From the NCBI GenBank assembly GCA_963660495.1, contig CAVKYO010000006.1:1810-65809 (forward strand): 64,000 nucleotides of DNA, read 5' to 3'. Below are positions 48,191-56,994 of this stretch, piece after piece (position 1 is the stretch's first letter; every line of letters begins with the position of its first letter). This DNA is from Acidaminococcus fermentans (GTDB lineage Bacteria > Bacillota_I > Bacilli_A > RF39 > UBA660). The notes under the pieces were generated by a model. It was not told the origin of the DNA and did no database searches. It saw nothing but the letters and a program-made list of their open reading frames with translations. The position numbers were made by a program, and so were the translations under genes.

Positions 48191-49498
48191 ATGTCACTAC
48201 CTACAGTAGCATTAGTTGGGAGACCAAACGTTGGTAAATCAACTCTATTTAATAAGATTGTTGGTAAAAAGATTTCTATAATAGAAGATACCCCAGGAGT
48301 AACAAGAGATCGTATTTATCAAGAAGCAATATATAATCAAAAAAAATTCTATTTAGTAGATACCGGTGGAATAGATACTAGTAAAGAAAAATTTAATGAT
48401 GAAATTAAAATACAGGCTGAAATAGCCATCAAAGAAGCTGACATTGTTATTTTCATGGTAGATGGTAAAGAAGGTCTAACTAATAATGACTTAATCATCA
48501 AAGAGATATTAAGAAAGAGTCAAAAGAAAGTAATTGTTGCTATAAACAAAATGGATGTTAAAGAAGCTGAAAATAACATTTATGACTTTTATGAACTAGG
48601 TTTTGATATTTATATACCAATTAGTAGCATTCATAACATTGGTTATGTAGAATTAATGGATATGGTTACAAACGATTTTAAAGAAAAGGAAGATAAAGAG
48701 GATAATAGATTACGTTTTTCAATCATTGGTAGACCAAACGTTGGCAAAAGTAGTCTTATGAATGCCCTTTTAAATGAAGAAAGAGTTGTTGTATCTGATA
48801 TAGCTGGAACAACAAGAGACTCAATAGATTCTGTTTTAAAGTATCATAATGAAGAATACATCTTAGTAGATACAGCTGGTATGAGAAAAAAAGGTAAAGT
48901 ATTTGAAAGTATTGAAAAATATAGTTTAATAAGATCTTTAAAATCAATTGATAATAGTGACATTTGCCTAGTAGTAATAAATGCTGAAGAAGGTATAACA
49001 GAACACGATAAGCACATTGCTGGATATGCTATAGAAAAAGGTAAAGGCTTAATATTTGTCGTTAATAAATGGGACACAGTAAAAGACACAACAATTCAAG
49101 AATTTGAAAAACTAATGCGTGCCGAATTTCAATTCGCAACGTATGCTCCTATTGTTTACTTATCAGCTTTAACTAAAAAAAGAATTCATACCCTAATGCC
49201 AGAGGTAATAAAAGTTGCCGAAAACATTAAAAAGGAAATTAAAACAAGTCTTATAAATGAAGTCATTTTAGACGCCTACCAATTAAATATACCACCATCA
49301 TATAAAGGAAAACGTTTAAAAATATATTTCACTTCTCAAACTGGAACAAAACCTCCAAAGTTTACTTTTAGAGTAAACAGTAAAGGTTTAGTACACTTCT
49401 CATATGAAAGATACTTAGAAAATAAAATTAGAGAAAACTTCGACTTTACTGGAACACCAATTGTCTTACAATTTAAAAATAGAAACGATGAAAATTAG
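48191..49498 (+). CDS. der: Ribosome-biogenesis GTPase Der (EngA), tandem GTPase domains
   Basis: Two G domains (GRPNVGKST repeated twice) plus a C-terminal KH-like domain. The start at MSLPTV has an AAGGAGG RBS. Confidence 0.9.
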   Translation: MSLPTVALVGRPNVGKSTLFNKIVGKKISIIEDTPGVTRDRIYQEAIYNQKKFYLVDTGGIDTSKEKFNDEIKIQAEIAIKEADIVIFMVDGKEGLTNNDLIIKEILRKSQKKVIVAINKMDVKEAENNIYDFYELGFDIYIPISSIHNIGYVELMDMVTNDFKEKEDKEDNRLRFSIIGRPNVGKSSLMNALLNEERVVVSDIAGTTRDSIDSVLKYHNEEYILVDTAGMRKKGKVFESIEKYSLIRSLKSIDNSDICLVVINAEEGITEHDKHIAGYAIEKGKGLIFVVNKWDTVKDTTIQEFEKLMRAEFQFATYAPIVYLSALTKKRIHTLMPEVIKVAENIKKEIKTSLINEVILDAYQLNIPPSYKGKRLKIYFTSQTGTKPPKFTFRVNSKGLVHFSYERYLENKIRENFDFTGTPIVLQFKNRNDEN

Positions 49499-49507
49499 AG
49501 GTAAATT

Positions 49508-49825
49508 ATGATAATAGGAAATAATTTTAATCAAGATCCCAGAAAAAATTTTGAAAACTCAAACTTTAATAGAAATCAAAAACAACAAGGAGTAACACCA
49601 GAAAATAAATCATTAAAAAATCCTAACATAAATAATAATTTTTCTAACAACATGTTAACTAAAGATATTTCAACATTTAAATATACAAATATTGAAAACA
49701 ATAATGAAGTATATGATAAATCTTTAGCCATTCTACACAACAGATTAAAAAATAACACTATAACATTAGAAGAATTCAATAAACAATGTCAAGCCCTAGC
49801 AAACAAAAGAAATAAAGGACAATAA
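49508..49825 (+). CDS. Hypothetical Asn-rich small protein
   Basis: 105 aa, N-rich, with a GAGGT RBS. No motif. Confidence 0.3.
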   Translation: MIIGNNFNQDPRKNFENSNFNRNQKQQGVTPENKSLKNPNINNNFSNNMLTKDISTFKYTNIENNNEVYDKSLAILHNRLKNNTITLEEFNKQCQALANKRNKGQ

Positions 49826-49869
49826 GAACAAAATATAAACCTCAACATATAATTATGTAGGAGGTTTTT

Positions 49870-50109
49870 ATGTTTGGAGATAGTTTTTTCAAAAGAGTTG
49901 AAAAAAAGACAAATATAAATAAAGAAACTATATTATCTTTAGCCGACAAATTACAAAGAAGTAATATGAAAGATGAAAATACCTTAAGAGAAGTCATAAA
50001 AGATATAAGTAATATGACTGGAAAAGAAGTTTCAAAAGAAAAAGAACAAAGAATAATTAACGCTATAAAAAAAGACAATATCCCAAAAGATATTGACAAT
50101 ATGTTTTAA
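49870..50109 (+). CDS. Stage VI sporulation protein F (SpoVIF/YjcC)-like small protein
   Basis: 79 aa. FFKRVEKKTNI...LADKLQ...KDENTLREVIKDISNMTGKEVSKEKEQRI recalls the SpoVIF family pattern. A strong AGGAGG RBS is present. Confidence 0.4.
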   Translation: MFGDSFFKRVEKKTNINKETILSLADKLQRSNMKDENTLREVIKDISNMTGKEVSKEKEQRIINAIKKDNIPKDIDNMF

Positions 50110-50128
50110 AGAGAACGCTTCTCTTTTT

Positions 50129-51139
50129 TTATTTTACTTCGATTTTGTCTCTATTAAAAACTATAGCAGTTGCAAAAATTAAAACTAGAAACAAAGACCC
50201 AAGTACATAAGCTATTGATGCACCAGTTTCAGGATTATCACCAGGAGTACTTTTAGCAGTAACAGCAGTAACACTATAAGCTTCACTTAATTTATTACTA
50301 CCAACAACACTAGCTTTATAAAAATATTTTTTACCCTTAACAACATCTTCATCATATAAATAATTAGAACCATCACAAGCAACAGTACCTATAAGAGTAT
50401 ATTCTCCATTTTCACTTTCAGATCTATAAATACTACATTTTTTAATTTCATCTGAATCATAAATTTCAAAAACATTAGCAGCTATCGTAATATAATCAGC
50501 TGAAATTGTACCAAACGAAATATCAGGTATAAATTCTTCATTAAAATCATCATAACCGTAATTAGGATTTTCAGCATTACCAAAATCTTTAATAGCATTT
50601 TGAATTTTTTCTTTATCGAAAGACATTTTTAAATAAGTTAAATAAGTACCAGAGCAACTTGAATCATCCTCTTTAAGTTCAAAATCTTTTTTTTCAACAA
50701 AGATACCATATTTATCATAATCATTAAATTTCTCATCAGAAATCCAAGTAATTATATTATAAAACTGCTCATCAGTACATCCAGCAGCATTATAAGCACC
50801 AGCCATAATTAAAGTTAAAGAAAAAGTATTATAAAATATATCATTAAAATCAGCACAAGTATTAGGAATATCTTCGCTTTCATATTCTAAATAATCATCC
50901 TCATAAGGATAAGAAAAAATAGTATCATCACTATAAGTAACTATAAATTGCTTATTAACAGAATCATTACTTAAAGGAAGAAAAGTAGCATCTGAAACAT
51001 TAAAAACATTTTTAAAATACTCATTACCATTTGTCACAACATCATCAGGATCAACTAATTCTCCAGCCGCTAAAACATTAGTAATCATAAATTGACAGAC
51101 CAATATTCCAGTCATTAAAAAATAAATAACCTTTTTCAT
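50129..51139 (-). CDS. Secreted cell-wall-anchored surface protein with an NPETG sorting signal
   Basis: N-terminal signal peptide (ITNVLAAGE). The C-terminus is NPETG + 22 hydrophobic residues + NRDKIEVK. Confidence 0.55.
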   Translation of the reverse strand: MKKVIYFLMTGILVCQFMITNVLAAGELVDPDDVVTNGNEYFKNVFNVSDATFLPLSNDSVNKQFIVTYSDDTIFSYPYEDDYLEYESEDIPNTCADFNDIFYNTFSLTLIMAGAYNAAGCTDEQFYNIITWISDEKFNDYDKYGIFVEKKDFELKEDDSSCSGTYLTYLKMSFDKEKIQNAIKDFGNAENPNYGYDDFNEEFIPDISFGTISADYITIAANVFEIYDSDEIKKCSIYRSESENGEYTLIGTVACDGSNYLYDEDVVKGKKYFYKASVVGSNKLSEAYSVTAVTAKSTPGDNPETGASIAYVLGSLFLVLIFATAIVFNRDKIEVK

Positions 51140-51259
51140 ATAAACACCTCTTTACTATACCAAATATATCATAACATCTATTAAAAGTAAAATTATAAAT
51201 ATTAAAAGTTCTTTTTTTACAAAAAACATCATAATCTTTACTGTATAAGGAGAATGTAT

Positions 51260-51640
51260 ATGGATAAACAAGAAATAATAAAAAATATTGCGAAAAGAAC
51301 AAATGGTGATATCTACTTAGGCGTTGTTGGAGCAGTAAGAACTGGTAAATCAACTTTTATAAAACGTATGGTAGAAACATTAATTGTTCCTAATATTGAA
51401 AATGAATATGAAAGAAAAAGAGCCTTAGATGAAATTCCCCAAAGTGCTGCCGGTAAAACGATTATGACTACAGAGCCAAAATTTGTTCCTAATAATGCTG
51501 CCAATATTAAAATAGATGACTTTACATGTAATATTAGATTAATAGACTGTGTAGGATACATGATTGATAAAGCTCAAGGAGCAACAGATGAAAATGGACC
51601 TAGAATGGTTAAAACTCCCTGGGTAAAGCTCTCTAAGTGA
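51260..51640 (+). CDS. spoIVA: Stage IV sporulation protein A, N-terminal portion (gene interrupted; as read the ORF ends at a stop inside the insertion)
   Basis: MDKQEIIKNIAKRTNGDIYLGVVGAVRTGKSTFIK...GPRMVKTPW is essentially collinear with the SpoIVA N-terminus up to TPW. The frame then diverges (VKLSK-stop). AAGGAG lies 7 nt upstream of the ATG at 51260. Confidence 0.85.
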   Translation: MDKQEIIKNIAKRTNGDIYLGVVGAVRTGKSTFIKRMVETLIVPNIENEYERKRALDEIPQSAAGKTIMTTEPKFVPNNAANIKIDDFTCNIRLIDCVGYMIDKAQGATDENGPRMVKTPWVKLSK

Positions 51641-51740
51641 TACCAAAATAAAAATAAATAAATGCCGATAAAATAAGGGCAAAAGACAATATTTCACTTT
51701 ATTAGTTAAAAACTAATTTATAGAAAGTGAGATATTTTTT

Positions 51741-51965
51741 ATGAAAAATGAGCAAATTGTGGGAATTGATGACTTAATACATTTGCCCTTAAAATATGTC
51801 AAGATAAATAAAGTAGTATTCCCTATTGAGAAAGTTAAGTATTTATCTAATGACGAAGTTACAGAAATATTAAAAGATTGCATTGATAATCAAATAATAT
51901 ATAATCCTAATTATGAAATGGTTAAGAATATTACTTTATTAGATGATACAGGTCCAAAAATATAG
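51741..51965 (+). CDS. Hypothetical protein (element cargo)
   Basis: 74 aa ORF inside the intervening element. No motif. Confidence 0.3.
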   Translation: MKNEQIVGIDDLIHLPLKYVKINKVVFPIEKVKYLSNDEVTEILKDCIDNQIIYNPNYEMVKNITLLDDTGPKI

Positions 51966-52016
51966 TATAATTTAATTAACAGTTTAACAAAAAAATTAAA
52001 ACAAGGAGGCAAAAAA

Positions 52017-53012
52017 ATGGAAGAACATGGAAATATAATTATTTATAAAGATAAGAATGGTAATGATAATATTGAAGTAAAAATGCAAGATAATACTGTT
52101 TGGCTAAATCAAGAACAATTAGTTAAATTATATAATTCAAGCAAATCTAATATATCTGAACACATTAAACACATATTTGAAGACGGAGAATTAGAAGAAT
52201 CGTCAACTGTTCGGAATTTCCGAACAGTTGCCTCTAATGGCAAAATTTATAACATGATGTATTATAATCTTGATATGATTGTTGCTGTTGGATTTAGAGT
52301 TAGATCTAATATAGGAACTAATTTTAGAAGATGGGCAAATGAAAGATTGACTGAATATATGACAAAAGGATTTACAATGAATGATGATTTACTTAAACGA
52401 GCTGGTGGTGGATTATATTTTGATGAACTACTTTCTAGAATTCGTGATATTAGATCATCTGAAAAAGTTTTTTGGAGAAAAATACTTGATATTTATGCTA
52501 CTTCTATTGATTATGATCCTAAAGCAGAAATTACACAAGAATTTTTTAAAACAGTTCAAAATAAAATGCACTGGGCTGCACATGGACACACAGCTGCAGA
52601 AGTTATTGTAGAAAGAGCCGATGGAAATAAGGATTTTATGGGATTAACTTCATTTAATGGAGATAGACCTACTTTACTAGATGCTCAAATTGCTAAAAAC
52701 TATTTAAATGATAAAGAATTAGATATTTTAAATAGGATTGTTTCTATGTATTTAGATTATGCAGAATTACAAGCTATTGAGCAAAGAACCATGACAATGA
52801 GTGATTGGGTTAAAGAATTAAATTACTTTTTAACTATGAATAGAAAAGACATTTTAAAAGATTCTGGCAAAATCAATCATAAAGAAGCAATGAATCACGC
52901 AAAAAAAGAATATGATAAGTATAAAGACAGAATTGCTTTAAAACCTAGTGAAGTTGAACTTCATTATTTAGAAAGTATTAAAGATTTAGAAAAATTAGAA
53001 AATAAAGATTAA
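52017..53012 (+). CDS. RhuM-family (Virulence_RhuM) protein
   Basis: WLNQEQLVKLYNSSKSNISEHIKHIFEDGELEE and YNLDMIVAVGFRVRS match the conserved RhuM-family N-terminal block. A GGAGG RBS is present. Confidence 0.65.
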   Translation: MEEHGNIIIYKDKNGNDNIEVKMQDNTVWLNQEQLVKLYNSSKSNISEHIKHIFEDGELEESSTVRNFRTVASNGKIYNMMYYNLDMIVAVGFRVRSNIGTNFRRWANERLTEYMTKGFTMNDDLLKRAGGGLYFDELLSRIRDIRSSEKVFWRKILDIYATSIDYDPKAEITQEFFKTVQNKMHWAAHGHTAAEVIVERADGNKDFMGLTSFNGDRPTLLDAQIAKNYLNDKELDILNRIVSMYLDYAELQAIEQRTMTMSDWVKELNYFLTMNRKDILKDSGKINHKEAMNHAKKEYDKYKDRIALKPSEVELHYLESIKDLEKLENKD

Positions 53013-53091
53013 TATTTCAGTATGTAAGCATTTCTTACATACTGATTTTTTAAAGGCATGTTTAACCAAATATCTTTTTTGTTGTGTAAAA

Positions 53092-53346
53092 ATGGAAATT
53101 GATTTAAATGAAATAATAATATCTGAAACTATTAATAGTATCACAGATAACAACAACGATTATATTAAGTTTGGTTTAATCACTCTCAATTATGATAAAA
53201 GAAAAGTATATACTAGTTTTAATATTAACCGAAATCTTTATGAAATATATAAAGATTTTTTTGTTAAAGGAACAAAAGTATTTATTAAAGGTTATCTTAA
53301 CTATTATATTACCAATAATAAAATCCAATCTTTTATAAACGTATGA
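53092..53346 (+). CDS. Hypothetical protein (element cargo)
   Basis: 84 aa ORF with no motif. Confidence 0.25.
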   Translation: MEIDLNEIIISETINSITDNNNDYIKFGLITLNYDKRKVYTSFNINRNLYEIYKDFFVKGTKVFIKGYLNYYITNNKIQSFINV

Positions 53347-53411
53347 TAATTTATGAAGAACAGTAATTTTTATAGACTATTACACATAGAATTCACTGTG
53401 GAGGAATAATC

Positions 53412-53594
53412 ATGTATGACACATTAGAATTTTATGATAATACGGGTTGTGATTTAAAAGACGTTTTAAAAAGTTGTATATATAAATATTATATAGCTAA
53501 TAAAAATTCATTAAAAGCATTCAAAACAGACGAAAAAAATAACATAATTGATTCAACCAATAAAGTGAAAATGTTGCCAAGTGAAAGGAGTTAA
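53412..53594 (+). CDS. Hypothetical protein (element cargo)
   Basis: 60 aa ORF with a GGAGG RBS. It ends 2 nt before the recombinase start. Confidence 0.3.
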   Translation: MYDTLEFYDNTGCDLKDVLKSCIYKYYIANKNSLKAFKTDEKNNIIDSTNKVKMLPSERS

Positions 53595-53596
53595 AA

Positions 53597-55183
53597 GTGT
53601 ATAATAGATATACGATAGACAATACAATTTTTAAAATAGCCATTTATATAAGACTATCTCGTGAAGATGGTGACGATATGGAATCAGAAAGTGTCACTAA
53701 TCAAAGAAGTTTATTAACTAGTTATTTAAAAGCGCAAGAATTAGTTGCAGTTGATATTTATGTTGATGATGGTTATACAGGAACAAATTTTGAGCGTCCA
53801 GAGTTTAAAAGAATGTTAAATGACATTGAAAACGGAAAAATTAATATGGTTATAACAAAAGACTTATCAAGATTAGGTCGTGACCATGTTATGACAGGTT
53901 TCTATGTTGAAACCTTTTTTCCCAAAAATGATGTCAGATATATTGCTATAAATGACGATATAGATACTTTTTTTGAAACCATTGGCTCAGATATGATGCC
54001 ATTTAAATTAAGTATGAATGATATGTATGCAAAAGACATTTCCAAAAAAGTTCGTTCAAACTTACTACAAATGAAAAAAGACGGAAAGTTTTGTGGAAGT
54101 GCACCATCTTATGGTTATATGAGAGATCCAAATGATAAACACAAATTAATACCAGATCCAAATACTGCTCCTATTGTAAAAAGAATATTTGATTTATATG
54201 TCGCTGGTTATGGTAGTTCACAAATTGCCGAAATATTAACAAGAGAAGAATTACCAACACCTATTATGTATAAATACTCTGGTGCTAAATTAAATAACTT
54301 TGACCATCCTGAAATATGGAAACACACATCTGTTAGTAATATCATTAAAAATAGAGTTTATATTGGCGATTTAATCCAACACAGAGTTCAAAAAGTAAAC
54401 TATAAAATTAAGAAAATGAAAAATGTTCCAGAAAGTGAATGGTGTATTAAGGAAAATGCACACGAGCCAGTTGTTGATAGAAGAACATTTGAAATAGCAC
54501 AATCTATTAAAGATTCGCGGGATACTTATAATTCTGAACGAAGAAATATTAATTATGTATTATCTGATTTAGTTTATTGTAAAGATTGTGGTGCTAGAAT
54601 GAGTATTAGCTATGATAAAAAAAGAGATAGAGTTACAATGAATTGTAATAACTATCGTAAGTTTAGTAAGTATGATATATGTTTTTCTCATTATATTAAC
54701 TATACTAAATTAGAAAAAACTGTCTATAACAAATTAAGCACTATGGCTAGATGGTATATTAATGATAAAGATGAATTTGAAAGTATCATCAAAAATCAAT
54801 ATGTTGATCCTAAACAAGATAAACTTAAAAAGATTGATGAACTTAATTTAAAGATAGCTGAATTAAAAAGAAAACAAGACTCTTTATATGATGATAAATT
54901 TAATAATATTATAAATGTAGAAACTTATCAAAGATTATTTAAAACTACTGAAGAAGATATTAAAACTGCAAACGAAAAATTAGAAAAATTAAAAGAAGAA
55001 ATTTCCAGTATAAACGAAAATTCCTCTTGTTATGTTGAATATTTAGATATAATTAAAAACTTTTTAGATATGAAAAATCCAACAAGAGAAATTATGAATA
55101 GATTAATTGATAAGATATATGTAACGAAAGATAAAAAACTAGAAATTCATTATAGAATTAAAAAAAGTGAAGTATTAGTATAA
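53597..55183 (+). CDS. Large serine recombinase (SpoIVCA/CisA-like), GTG start
   Basis: Resolvase catalytic domain IAIYIRLSREDGDD with the Ser nucleophile in RLS. A recombinase domain follows, then a zinc ribbon (CKDCGARMS...CNNYRK) and a C-terminal coiled coil. 528 aa. AAAGGAG lies 7 nt upstream of the GTG. Confidence 0.85.
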   Translation: MYNRYTIDNTIFKIAIYIRLSREDGDDMESESVTNQRSLLTSYLKAQELVAVDIYVDDGYTGTNFERPEFKRMLNDIENGKINMVITKDLSRLGRDHVMTGFYVETFFPKNDVRYIAINDDIDTFFETIGSDMMPFKLSMNDMYAKDISKKVRSNLLQMKKDGKFCGSAPSYGYMRDPNDKHKLIPDPNTAPIVKRIFDLYVAGYGSSQIAEILTREELPTPIMYKYSGAKLNNFDHPEIWKHTSVSNIIKNRVYIGDLIQHRVQKVNYKIKKMKNVPESEWCIKENAHEPVVDRRTFEIAQSIKDSRDTYNSERRNINYVLSDLVYCKDCGARMSISYDKKRDRVTMNCNNYRKFSKYDICFSHYINYTKLEKTVYNKLSTMARWYINDKDEFESIIKNQYVDPKQDKLKKIDELNLKIAELKRKQDSLYDDKFNNIINVETYQRLFKTTEEDIKTANEKLEKLKEEISSINENSSCYVEYLDIIKNFLDMKNPTREIMNRLIDKIYVTKDKKLEIHYRIKKSEVLV

Positions 55184-55253
55184 GAAAAATACAGGTTGCT
55201 TTTGAGCAATTTTTAAAAAGACTTATGGGTATCACTAAACATACTCAGACTGG

Positions 55254-56366
55254 TACACAGAGGAAATACCATTTGTAGAAGCTGCCGAAATAGGCACTGA
55301 AAAAGTTATAAAAGACCATTCTACCATTGGTATCGTTGTAACAACAGATGGCTCTATCGGTGAATTTGAAAGGAATGACTACATAGAATCTGAATCAAGA
55401 GTAATAGAAGAATTAAAAAATATAGGTAAACCATTCATAATAGTTCTAAATACAACTCATCCAACGCTTCCAGAAACAGAAAAATTAGCTGACAAGTTAA
55501 AAGAAGAATACAATGTTCCAGTACTACCAATTAGTGTAGAAGCAATGAACGAAAAAGACATGTACAATATTTTAAAAGAAGCATTATATGAATTCCCAGT
55601 CTTAGAAGTAAAAGTAAATATGCCTGAATGGATAGCAATTCTAAATCCAGAACATGAAGTTAAAAAAAGTTATATTGACTCAATAAAAGAAAGTGTTATA
55701 GAAATAGATAAATTAAGAGATATAGATAACATAATAAGTCATTTTTTAACTAATCCTATGATTGAGAAAAGTTATTTAGCTGACGTTGATCCTTCAACTG
55801 GAATAATTACCGTAAATCTAACTGCCAGTGCCGAACTTTATAATAAAACATTAACCGACATTATTAAAATAGATGTCAAAAATAAAGCAGACTTATTATC
55901 ACTATTCCAAGACTATAACATTGCTAAAAAAGAATATGACCAGATAAAATATGCTTTAAAAATGGTCAAGCAAACTGGTTATGGTGTCGCAACTCCATCT
56001 ATTGAAGATATGAAATTAGATAAACCAGAAATAATAAAACAAGGTCCAAGATATGGTGTTAAATTAAAAGCCGTTGCACCATCAATTCATATGATAAGAG
56101 TCGATGTTGAGTCAACCTTTGAGCCAATAATAGGTAGTGAAGTACAATGTAAAGAACTAATAGATTATCTAATGAAAGATCATGATAATAATCCAAATGA
56201 AATATGGAAAAGCGAAATTTTTGGTAGAAGTCTAGATTCAATAGTACAAGAAGGAATCCAATCAAAAATAAGTCTAATGCCAGATAACATACGTTTTAAA
56301 CTTCAAACTACTTTAACAAAAGTTGTAAATAAAGGCTCAAATAACATGATTGCAATAGTAATTTAA
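55254..56366 (+). CDS. spoIVA: Stage IV sporulation protein A, C-terminal portion (in frame with the 51260..51622 segment after precise excision)
   Basis: EIPFVEAAEIGTEKVIKDHSTIGIVVTTDGSIGE...ALYEFPVLEVKVNMPEW...MVKQTGYGVA...KAVAPSIHMI...GRSL is collinear with B. subtilis SpoIVA residues ~122-492. There is no start codon or RBS at this position. Confidence 0.85.
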   Translation, partial: YTEEIPFVEAAEIGTEKVIKDHSTIGIVVTTDGSIGEFERNDYIESESRVIEELKNIGKPFIIVLNTTHPTLPETEKLADKLKEEYNVPVLPISVEAMNEKDMYNILKEALYEFPVLEVKVNMPEWIAILNPEHEVKKSYIDSIKESVIEIDKLRDIDNIISHFLTNPMIEKSYLADVDPSTGIITVNLTASAELYNKTLTDIIKIDVKNKADLLSLFQDYNIAKKEYDQIKYALKMVKQTGYGVATPSIEDMKLDKPEIIKQGPRYGVKLKAVAPSIHMIRVDVESTFEPIIGSEVQCKELIDYLMKDHDNNPNEIWKSEIFGRSLDSIVQEGIQSKISLMPDNIRFKLQTTLTKVVNKGSNNMIAIVI

Positions 56367-56409
56367 AGAATCAAAAGATTCTATAAATGAAAAAGACTAG
56401 TAAGTTTAC

Positions 56410-56994
56410 TTAACCTACTAAGTCTTCTATTTTTTTCAACACTTCTTTTACACCAAGTCTAGTTACACTAGAAAATACTACCAAGTCATCACCTACAACT
56501 AAATCTAAAGTATCAAGTATTACCTTAAGACTCTTTTCTTTCTTACTACCGCCTACTTTATCAGCCTTAGTCGCAATAACTGTAACTGGTAAATTATAAT
56601 ACTTTAAAAAATTATACATAAGTAAATCATCTTCTGTAGGCTTCATTCTAAAGTCTATCAACATAAATACTCTTTTTAAAGTATCTCTTTTTTCCAAATA
56701 CTCTTCTATCATCATTCCAAATTTAGCTTGTGTCTTTTTATCAGTTGCTGCATATCCATAACCTGGAACATCAATTAAATAAAATTTATCATTTACCTTA
56801 TAAAAATTAAGAGTTTGTGTCTTACCAGGTTTAGAAGAAGTATGAGCTAAATTCTTTCTAGAAAGTATTGAATTAATAAAACTACTTTTACCAACATTAC
56901 TACGACCAACTAATAGAATTTCAGCCTTACCATCTTCAGGATACTGACTTCTCCTCGTCGCAATAATATCTAATTTTGCCTCTTTAATCACCAT
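56410..56994 (-). CDS. engB: Ribosome-biogenesis GTP-binding protein EngB (YsxC/YihA)
   Basis: G1 GRSNVGKSS, G3 DVPGYG, G4 TKADK. 194 aa. Confidence 0.85.
   Translation of the reverse strand: MVIKEAKLDIIATRRSQYPEDGKAEILLVGRSNVGKSSFINSILSRKNLAHTSSKPGKTQTLNFYKVNDKFYLIDVPGYGYAATDKKTQAKFGMMIEEYLEKRDTLKRVFMLIDFRMKPTEDDLLMYNFLKYYNLPVTVIATKADKVGGSKKEKSLKVILDTLDLVVGDDLVVFSSVTRLGVKEVLKKIEDLVG

Larger units (their letters stand above)
51623..55253 (+). mobile_element. ~3.6-kb intervening (skin-like) element interrupting spoIVA. It carries a large serine recombinase and a RhuM-family gene.
   Basis: SpoIVA homology stops at ...TPW (51622) and resumes in frame at YTEEIPFVEAAEIGT (55254). Both junctions carry CTGG. 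Imperfect inverted repeats lie just inside the element: CTAAGTGATACC at 51633-51644 and GGTATCACTAAAC at 55229-55241. The recombinase gene is the last gene before the right junction. Confidence 0.8.

Noticed and set aside
51313-51561. 82-aa minus-strand ORF and 51078-51353 ORF near the spoIVA start
   Set aside because: They overlap the highly conserved SpoIVA N-terminal coding sequence, or the AT-rich promoter region, on the wrong strand.
53597-55183. Possibility that the recombinase marks an ordinary prophage or ICE rather than a developmental element
   Set aside because: The element is only ~3.6 kb and has no phage structural, replication or conjugation genes. The insertion lies precisely inside a mother-cell sporulation gene, with in-frame restoration on excision. 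This is far more consistent with a skin-type intervening element, possibly a decayed prophage remnant.
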